This document shows positions 39,667 to 45,956 of a stretch of DNA of 64,000 nucleotides, in pieces. The stretch covers positions 8,455 through 72,454 of the forward strand of contig CAVSGX010000004.1 of the NCBI GenBank assembly GCA_963727715.1, read 5' to 3'. Positions within the stretch are counted from its first letter, which is position 1; each line of letters opens with the position of its first letter. A program made the translations under genes and the position numbers. The notes under the pieces were generated by a model. That model had not been told where the DNA came from, made no database searches, and saw nothing but the letters and a program-made list of their open reading frames with translations. Origin of the DNA: an uncultured bacterium. GTDB taxonomy: Bacteria; Patescibacteriota; Minisyncoccia; Phycocordibacterales; DATDWN01.

Positions 39667-40347
39667 TCAGTCTAATTTTATTAATTTCTTTGTCAGAACA
39701 GGAATTTCTTTTTGAAAAAAAGTTTTGACCGAATTCCAATCAGCGTCAAAAAAGATGACCGGCTCTGGATCGCTTTCGGCATCGTCAAAATAAACCATAC
39801 TTTTCAAGATATGGTGATAGTCGTGAGCCACAGACGGATACTGTCCCGGCAATCGTCTGATAATATTTTCCAGCGGTTCCACATTTTTGGCGCACCAGTA
39901 CAAATCAAAGAAATCTCTTTTTCTGCCTCTTTGCGAGCTGGCGATTATTTTCATCACGGCCACATCCGTTTTATTCAAAATTTTGACAAAACCGTATTCC
40001 AAAAATTTTTGTTTTGGAATAAAAAACGGATAAGCGATAAAACTGATTTTGGTGTCATACAATACGCCATATAAAGTGTTTGGTTCATCAATATCCGTGC
40101 TCCAATTTTCATTGCTTGCAAAACGAGATAACAGTTTCTTTGTTATAAAACTTTTTTCTGTGGTAAAAAAATCCAAATCAACAGATTTGCGATTGCCGGC
40201 CTGCAAAGCTAAGGCGGTGCCACCGGCCAGATACCAGCCTGATTCACTCAGCCATTCTTGGGTTGATAAAAAATCCAGAGCTGTTTTGGTTGATTTGGGT
40301 AAACATGAAAAGTTGATGATATTTAATTTTGAAGTGTCAGTGTCCAT
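39667..40347 (-). CDS. Nucleotidyltransferase AbiEii/AbiGii-family toxin (DUF1814)
   Basis: WYLAGGTALALQAGNRKSVDLDFF matches the AbiEii GGTAL...R.S.DlDf signature; 226 aa. Confidence 0.7.
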   Translation of the reverse strand: MDTDTSKLNIINFSCLPKSTKTALDFLSTQEWLSESGWYLAGGTALALQAGNRKSVDLDFFTTEKSFITKKLLSRFASNENWSTDIDEPNTLYGVLYDTKISFIAYPFFIPKQKFLEYGFVKILNKTDVAVMKIIASSQRGRKRDFFDLYWCAKNVEPLENIIRRLPGQYPSVAHDYHHILKSMVYFDDAESDPEPVIFFDADWNSVKTFFQKEIPVLTKKLIKLD

Positions 40348-40603
40348 AATGCTTTTGTTCTTGGTCTCAAAGACCGTGATGCAGAAACAACTTTTCTCAA
40401 CAATGCCTTGTCATAAAAATTCCAAAGCCAGCGAACCTCATTATCCCTGCCAAAATCTAAAATTCTCTCAATTATATATTGAGCGTTTTTTTCAGTGTCA
40501 ATTCTGCTGACATCGGTGTCCCAAAACAAAGATTGTCTAAATGGCATACCTTCATTATATCAAATTTTGAGACAATATTCAACAAAAATCAAAATGCAAA
40601 AAT

Positions 40604-40682
40604 AAAAAATTCAAAATTCAAAAACAAAAGAAAAAACAAATCGACAAGAGACAAGCTACCTTTTTGGAAATCACAAGAACGA
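40604..40682 (-). repeat. Conserved 3' flank downstream of the DGR VR/IMH (copy 2 of 3)
   Basis: Same 3'-flank repeat family as 38588..38672 and 43418..43492 (aaaattcaaaattcaaaaacaaaagaaaaaacaaatcgacaagagacaagctacctttttggaaatcacaagaac); lies immediately downstream (minus-strand sense) of target 2 and its VR/IMH. Confidence 0.8.
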
Positions 40683-41660
40683 GCGGGAGAGGCGACCACC
40701 CAGAGGCGGATTGGAAATGGACGGATCATTGGCAACGACATTGAGCTGGGAACCGTCGGGGTACCAATGGGCGCAGACGACACGAAAGGAAGATGGGGCG
40801 GTTTTGTCAGGGTTTGGCACTTTAGACCCGGGCAAAGCGGTCCAGTAGTATAGACCATCTTTCTCGTTTTTGGTGTCTATGTGCTTGCCTGTTTGTTCAA
40901 AGATTTTTCTTTGCAGGATGAGATAATCGGACAGAGTTAGAGATTGGTTCGGAGGCAAGGAGAGAAAGGTTTCAATCTTTTTGTTCAGAGTTTGTTTAAG
41001 CTCTGATTGTTGCCAGAGTTCTTGACTGTGGACTAGAACGATTCTTCTTTTTTTGTCTTCTATTACTCCTTCAAACCCGCCACCCGAGTTGAAATTGCTT
41101 CCGGTGTATGTTTCGTTGTATCCTTCCGACATTTTAGCGTTTAGGTCTGTCAGGTTTGGCAGAGTTTCCGGAATGAGCAGGATTGTGTCAAAACCGTGTT
41201 TTTCTATTTCTTCTCTGATTTGGTCAATGTTTCTTTCCCAGATGTTTTTCATCGTCTCGGAGAAGTCTTTCGGTCTGTCTATGGAGTGGGTTGTGTAAAA
41301 GGAAGTAAAGTATTCTATTTCTTTTTCAATATCTATGGTTATGGTTTCTTTCTTTTCTTCAGTGGTTGTTTTGCCGGTTTTTTCGTCTTTTGTCTCTTCG
41401 ATATGTTTGTATTCCACTTCTAGAGTTGTTGAGGATTTGCCTTCTATCTTTCTTTTGAGAGAACGGCATTGGGAGAGTGTTTCTTTGATTTTCAGGCTTA
41501 GTTCTTTCTGTTTCTCTGTATCTCCGCTCTCAATGGCTTTTAGGAGTTTATCTTTCATTTCTTCGGCCTGAGAGAGCAGGCCTTCCATTACGGTCAAGTC
41601 GGCCAGAGCTTGTTCTTTGGTTGGTGGAGAGTTTGGGATTTTGGGAGATTCGTGGGACAT
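40671..41660 (-). CDS. DGR target protein 2 (329 aa); recent paralogous duplicate of target 1
   Basis: Protein is identical to target 1 except within the VR-encoded tail. About 1.07 kb of DNA (40604-41670 vs 38588-39660) is near-identical outside the VR. Confidence 0.8.
   Translation of the reverse strand: MSHESPKIPNSPPTKEQALADLTVMEGLLSQAEEMKDKLLKAIESGDTEKQKELSLKIKETLSQCRSLKRKIEGKSSTTLEVEYKHIEETKDEKTGKTTTEEKKETITIDIEKEIEYFTSFYTTHSIDRPKDFSETMKNIWERNIDQIREEIEKHGFDTILLIPETLPNLTDLNAKMSEGYNETYTGSNFNSGGGFEGVIEDKKRRIVLVHSQELWQQSELKQTLNKKIETFLSLPPNQSLTLSDYLILQRKIFEQTGKHIDTKNEKDGLYYWTALPGSKVPNPDKTAPSSFRVVCAHWYPDGSQLNVVANDPSISNPPLGGRLSRSFL
40684..40781 (-). repeat. DGR variable repeat VR-2 (3' end of target gene 40671..41660)
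   Basis: Encodes VVCAHWYPDGSQLNVVANDPSISNPPLGGRLSR. Within the TR/VR alignment all differences from the TR are at template adenines (sense strand), apart from one sense-strand T-to-G difference in the IMH-proximal segment. Confidence 0.85.
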
Positions 41661-41672
41661 GGAAGTATTCTA

Positions 41673-42700
41673 TCATGTTATAACAATATCATTCAATATT
41701 GAAGTCAGTTTGTTTTTTAATCCAAATGAATCGCAGTGTTTCAGTAAAGCAAAATAAGACTGAAAATTATTCTTGTTCATTCTTTCAAAAATTTTTTGCT
41801 TGGTTTTATCTCTCAATAAAAGACAATCTGGCAAAGTCAGAGATCCTAGAAAATCTACTCCCCATTTTAATTTTCTGATTGAGATTTTATCATCCGGGAT
41901 TTGCAGAAACAGTTTTGCCATAAATTTTTTAATTTCAACCAAACAAAACCCCAATCTTTTTTTATTTTTATTTACCAAAATAAAATCGTCGTTGTATCTT
42001 ATATAAAATCTGGCGTTTAATTTTTTCTTCACAAAATGGTCAAAATCGTTCAAATAAATGTTGGCGAAAATCTGGCTGGTGATGTTGCCGAGCGGGATGC
42101 TTTTGTCAGAGCCATGAAGCGAGCAAAAACTTTCTACTATTTTCCCCACTTCCAAAAAAATATTTTCATTTTTCACTTTTCTTTTGATAAATTTCAGCAG
42201 TAGGCGGTGGTTGACACTTTCAAAGTATTTTTTGACATCGCATTTTAAAATAAAAACATCCCCATTTTTTCTTTTCGCCAATCCATTGAAATATTGGAGA
42301 GTTTTGACGGCTTTATGCGTTCCTTTTCCGTCTCTGGATGAATAACGGCTTTATGCGTTCCTTTTCCGTCTCTGGATGAATATGAGTCGGCAATAAATGC
42401 CGGCTCAAATAGATTTTTCAAATAATCGGATATTATTTGATGAATAATTCTATCTTTAACTTCAGCTTTGTGAATATTTCTTTTCTTGTTGTCAGTAACA
42501 ATAAAATGCGAATACCCGCCATGGCGGTAAGTTTTGTTTTTCAGATCTCTGTGCAAATCAAAAATATTGTCTTCCAAATGTCTTTCAAAAATCATTACAT
42601 CCATCTTGGAGGACTTTCCCCGCCGAAATTTCCGCCAAGCTGAAAATATATTATCAAGACTGAATAATTCGTTATAATTTTTATGGAACAAGACGCTCAT
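41673..42700 (-). pseudogene. DGR reverse transcriptase, reading frame broken by a 38-bp tandem duplication (ORF track pieces 42245..43024 and 41673..42281)
   Basis: N-terminal piece: LFSLDNIFSAWRKFRRGKSSKMDVMIFERHLEDNIFDLHRDLKNKTYRHGGYSHFIVTDNKKRNIHKAEVKDRIIHQIISDYL...DSYSSRDGKGTHKAV (DGR-RT motifs 1-2). C-terminal piece: ILKCDVKKYFESVNH, IPLGNITSQIFANIYLNDFD, YIRYNDDFIL (YxDD). Deleting one copy of the 38-bp unit fuses the two pieces in frame to ...GKGTHKAVKTLQYFNGLAKRKNGDVFILKCDVKKYF.... Confidence 0.85.
42307..42382. repeat. Perfect 38-bp direct tandem duplication (2 copies) inside the RT gene
   Basis: acggctttatgcgttccttttccgtctctggatgaata occurs twice in tandem; 38 is not divisible by 3, so this is a frameshift. 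Confidence 0.9.
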
Positions 42701-43057
42701 AAAATTGAAAAATTGGAAATGCCTATTATGGCCAAACTCTTTATCATTTACGAACTGACGCACAAGCTTATTTTCAAATTGCCGAAATTTGAAAGATACA
42801 CTTTGGGTGAAAAAATTGAAAATATCATCTTGGAAACGATTGAAATAATTGTCATCGCCAATGGGACGAACAAATACGAAAAAGAAAAATATTTGCTCAA
42901 AGCCAATGCCAAAGTGGAAATGCTTAAGTTGCTTTTTCGCATCGTTTTGAACTGCCAAATCATTGATTTCAAAAAATATTTGGAGGCGGAAGGGTTGCTT
43001 CAAGAAATCGGCAAAATGGCGCAAGGTTGGATAAAATACACCAGAAACGCAAAATAG
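42683..43057 (+). CDS. avd: Avd (accessory variability determinant; four-helix-bundle protein, bAvd/23S-rRNA-IVP family), transcribed divergently from the RT; likely start at Met 42719
   Basis: KLFIIYELTHKLIFKLPKFERYTLGEKIENIILETIEIIVIANG...LLKANAKVEMLKLLFRIVLNCQII...EAEGLLQEIGKMAQGWIKY matches the four-helix-bundle family pattern (FPK.E.Y.L..Q..R...SI..NIAEG......f...A.GS..El...l..a..l.yi......l......igkml.gli). The antisense strand here gives only a Phe-rich nonsense extension of the RT ORF. Confidence 0.7.
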   Translation: MEQDAHKIEKLEMPIMAKLFIIYELTHKLIFKLPKFERYTLGEKIENIILETIEIIVIANGTNKYEKEKYLLKANAKVEMLKLLFRIVLNCQIIDFKKYLEAEGLLQEIGKMAQGWIKYTRNAK

Positions 43058-43080
43058 CTTTTGTATAAAGCAAGAACGGC

Positions 43081-43177
43081 GGGAGAGGCGACAACCCAGA
43101 TTCGGATTGGAATTGGACGGATCATTGGCATTGACATTGAGCTGGGAATTGTCGGGGTTCCAATTGGCGCAGACGAC
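43081..43177 (-). repeat. DGR template repeat (TR), noncoding, between the VR-bearing main target gene and avd/RT
   Basis: Sense strand reads ..VVCA NWNPDNSQLNVNANDPSNSNPNLGCRLSR with 9 AAT (Asn) codons and no in-frame stop context. IMH*-like end TCGCCTCTCCCGCCGTTCTTGC differs from the VR IMH ends (..CCCGCTCGTTCTTGTGA). Confidence 0.85.
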
Positions 43178-43417
43178 TGCGGTCGCCCCTCGATTAGCTT
43201 TGCGTCGTCATTTCCGTTTGGAAACAAGACTCTATTTATTAGGGGCTACTTCCCCCTGACGCAAAACTGCTGTTCTTGTGTTTTATTTCCACAAATCAAC
43301 GACTATTTGGTTTCTAAAATTCAGAAACCATCTTTCGCCGTCAATTAGCGCTTCGGCAAACCAACTCATCACTGATGGCTTACGAGCCGAAGCGGGCGAT
43401 TTTTGCTTCGCAAAAAT

Positions 43418-43492
43418 AAAAAATTCAAAATTCAAAAACAAAAGAAAAAACAAATCGACAAGAGACAAGCTACCTTTTTGGAAATCACAAGA
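43418..43492 (-). repeat. Conserved 3' flank downstream of the DGR VR/IMH (copy 3 of 3)
   Basis: Same 3'-flank repeat family as 38588..38672 and 40604..40682 (aaaattcaaaattcaaaaacaaaagaaaaaacaaatcgacaagagacaagctacctttttggaaatcacaagaac); lies immediately downstream (minus-strand sense) of the main AAA+ target and its VR/IMH. Confidence 0.8.
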
Positions 43493-45512
43493 ACGAGCGG
43501 GAGAGGCGACAACCCAGATTCGGATAGGAATAGGACGGATCATCGGCACCGACAACGAGCTGGGAATAGCCGGGGTCCCAATGGGCGCAGACGACGCGGA
43601 AACCGCCGGATGGATTTTTGACTGTTGAGCCGGGTAGCCATGTCCAACCGTCTTCATCCAAATGTTTGCCTGTTTGTTCAAAATATTGCTTTTGATACAA
43701 CAAATAATCTGTCAGAGACATTTTTTCACCTTGCGATATAAACTCCTCGGCTTTTTTATTCAGAGTTTTCTTCAGTTCCGAATGGTCTTTCAGATTTTGA
43801 GCGCTGTTTTTATGAATCAAAACGATTCTTCTTTTTTTGTCTTCTATTACTCCTTCAAACCCGCCACCCGAGTCGAAATTGCTTCCGGTGTATGTTTCGT
43901 TGTATCCTTCTGACATTTTTTTATGTATATCGGTTATGGTCAATCCTCCGGGCACAAGCAAAATCTCATCAAAACCATATTTTTCTACTTCTTGTTTTAT
44001 CTCGTCATAATTGTTCACCCATATATCCGCCATTTCTTCCGCAAATGATTCCGTCAATTCAATTTCGTGAGCTTTATAAAAAAGAAGAGAATCCTCAAGT
44101 TTTTTGTCAAAATTTATTTCTATTTTCTCTTTCTTTTCTTTGCCTTTCTCGTCCACGATTTTGTGTTCGGCAGAAACCACCGGTTCAAACGAACTGCCGG
44201 TCAATTCTCTTCTTTTACTTCTGAAAAATTTCTCCAAATCGGCTATTTCATTTTCAATCTTCTCTATCCCGTCCGCCGGACTTTCGGTTTTACCACCTTC
44301 AGGAATTGCCTCAGCAGACGCTTCTTTTTCTTCTTCGTTATTTTTCTTTTTTCTTTTCGTTCCTTTGCGTTTGGAATCTTTGGTTTCTATTTTGACTTCA
44401 ACCAATCGGATGATTTCTTCCAATTTTGTTCTGTCTTCGGCGCTTTCCAGTCTGTTGACATAATAATATTTCAGGGCTTTTTGAAAAGTTTCGCTGATGT
44501 CGCCATTGTAAAAACGCAAAACAAAATTTCTGACCCGCCTCGGCTCTTCGCGGTCGTCATAGGTGAAAACTTGTGGTTGATCTTCGGCGATTTGCCTGTT
44601 TTTCAAAAGTTCTTTGGCGGTTTTGTGAAATTCCTTGTATTTTTCCAAAATTTCGGCAATGCCTGGAATTTCCGAAAGTTGTTCCTGCGTCAAACCACCG
44701 GCGCCGGATAAAAACATATCATCAGGCAATTCGGCGGTTTTCTTTTCCAAACCGTTCTCTAAACCAAACAATGCACCAGTCGCTTGCTTAAAGGTCTCTT
44801 CCGGTAATTCATTTGGCATTTTTTTATAAACCCATCTGCGAAGCTGAGCTGGATCAAGTGGCTTTCTATCCAAATAACCGGCTCCCGGAGGATTCATAAA
44901 AGCGATGATTTTGGTTTTTTGTTTAGAAACTTTAACTGTTTCCGAAGCGTCTTCTGACAAAATGACATCGCTATCACGCTCCAGAGAATCCAAAACTTCA
45001 TGCAAACGAATCAAAATGTTCGGCGCCGATGAGTTGAATTCGTCCAAAACAATAATTTTGACTTTACCGTCTTCCTGTCGTAAACCGCTAGTTACTTTTC
45101 CGTCGGCGAAAATGTATTCCGGGTCTTCCGCATTATTTTTACGAGGATTTGGTATATATCGGCCCATCAAATCCTCCACATCCGTGGCACCGTTTAAGTT
45201 TATGTAATGAACTTCGTAGCCGAGCTCACTGGCCATTTTTCGCACCGTGGTGGTCTTACCAAAAGATGTTCCGCTTTCCACGGCAATAGGGTCGCCCATG
45301 GAAAACGACACGGCGATGTCACGTTGCAGTGGCAGAGCCACTTCGGTATCATTGGTGTAGTCCTTGTAATTTTCTCTTCTTGGCACAAATTGGCCATTTC
45401 TGTTTTTAGCTTTTTCCAGAGTAACACCCATATAAGAAACACTCCCGTCAGTTTCCATTATCGGCTCCAGTTTTGCTTCCGGATTGTTAAATTGTCCTTC
45501 TGGTGTTTTCAT
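43485..45512 (-). CDS. DGR main target: AAA_5/MoxR-type AAA+ ATPase fused to a long acidic linker and the conserved DGR-diversified C-terminal domain (675 aa)
   Basis: Walker A VESGTSFGKTT, Walker B KIIVLDEFN, sensor region ..IIAFMNPPGAGYLDRKPLDPAQLRRW. The C-terminal 170 aa is homologous to targets 1 and 2 and ends in VR-3. No signal peptide or TM segment. Confidence 0.85.
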   Translation of the reverse strand: MKTPEGQFNNPEAKLEPIMETDGSVSYMGVTLEKAKNRNGQFVPRRENYKDYTNDTEVALPLQRDIAVSFSMGDPIAVESGTSFGKTTTVRKMASELGYEVHYINLNGATDVEDLMGRYIPNPRKNNAEDPEYIFADGKVTSGLRQEDGKVKIIVLDEFNSSAPNILIRLHEVLDSLERDSDVILSEDASETVKVSKQKTKIIAFMNPPGAGYLDRKPLDPAQLRRWVYKKMPNELPEETFKQATGALFGLENGLEKKTAELPDDMFLSGAGGLTQEQLSEIPGIAEILEKYKEFHKTAKELLKNRQIAEDQPQVFTYDDREEPRRVRNFVLRFYNGDISETFQKALKYYYVNRLESAEDRTKLEEIIRLVEVKIETKDSKRKGTKRKKKNNEEEKEASAEAIPEGGKTESPADGIEKIENEIADLEKFFRSKRRELTGSSFEPVVSAEHKIVDEKGKEKKEKIEINFDKKLEDSLLFYKAHEIELTESFAEEMADIWVNNYDEIKQEVEKYGFDEILLVPGGLTITDIHKKMSEGYNETYTGSNFDSGGGFEGVIEDKKRRIVLIHKNSAQNLKDHSELKKTLNKKAEEFISQGEKMSLTDYLLYQKQYFEQTGKHLDEDGWTWLPGSTVKNPSGGFRVVCAHWDPGYSQLVVGADDPSYSYPNLGCRLSRSFL
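43496..43593 (-). repeat. DGR variable repeat VR-3 (3' end of the AAA+ target gene)
   Basis: Encodes VVCAHWDPGYSQLVVGADDPSYSYPNLGCRLSR. It differs from the TR at 12 positions, all corresponding to TR adenines. Confidence 0.85.
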
Positions 45513-45515
45513 ATT

Positions 45516-45917
45516 TTATGAACGATAAACCGGCCCAACTTTGTCTATAATTTCAAAACTTCTTTCTTTCAATTTCGCCAAAACGCTTTCCGTAGCGACC
45601 AAAACCAAAACCTGACTTTGATAATCAGGTGAAAAAACTTTTGATTCATTTTTTTCTTTATCAAAAATCTCAACTTGACCTGTCGGATACTGCGCGACAA
45701 AATCATATAAGTCCTTCGGTAGATTTTCGTCCAAAACCAGATACATTTTTTGAAAACCAAAAAAATCAAAAACATTTTTTGATGTTTGAAATCCACTATC
45801 TTCAAAAAACTTGATAAAACCACCCATCTCGCTTTCATCCCGCGCCAAAACAAGTCCGACATCTTTTTGTCCTTTCAAGATATCCAGAAACTCATGCAGA
45901 CCTTCGTTTTTGTTCAT
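45516..45917 (-). CDS. Hypothetical small protein (133 aa) between the VWA partner and the AAA+ DGR target
   Basis: Complete ORF; 4-bp gap to the downstream gene suggests co-transcription. Confidence 0.5.
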   Translation of the reverse strand: MNKNEGLHEFLDILKGQKDVGLVLARDESEMGGFIKFFEDSGFQTSKNVFDFFGFQKMYLVLDENLPKDLYDFVAQYPTGQVEIFDKEKNESKVFSPDYQSQVLVLVATESVLAKLKERSFEIIDKVGPVYRS

Positions 45918-45956
45918 AGTTGTATTCTAACACTAACCGGAAAATTATCAAATTTT

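Noticed and set aside
40323-40547. 74-aa ORF upstream of and overlapping the AbiEii gene as a definite antitoxin
   Set aside because: Position is right for a partner gene, but it is short, overlaps the toxin start by 25 bp and shows no recognisable AbiEi wHTH, so it is kept only as a hypothesis in the findings.
42701-43024. N-terminal about 108-aa extension of the RT ORF in the supplied track (42245..43024)
   Set aside because: Phe-rich nonsense translation (FFFFVFV...) that is antisense to a well-conserved Avd four-helix-bundle gene; the DGR-RT homology begins at the internal Met near 42700.
43000-43681. Small ORFs overlapping the TR and VR-3 regions (43000..43227, 43061..43348, 43278..43628, 43283..43681, 43403..43621) and analogous ORFs at 38532..38843, 38582..38848, 40479..40853, 40589..40858
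   Set aside because: They are alternative-frame or antisense readings of the TR/VR repeats and of the conserved 3' flank. The real coding frame is the minus-strand target genes, and the TR is noncoding.
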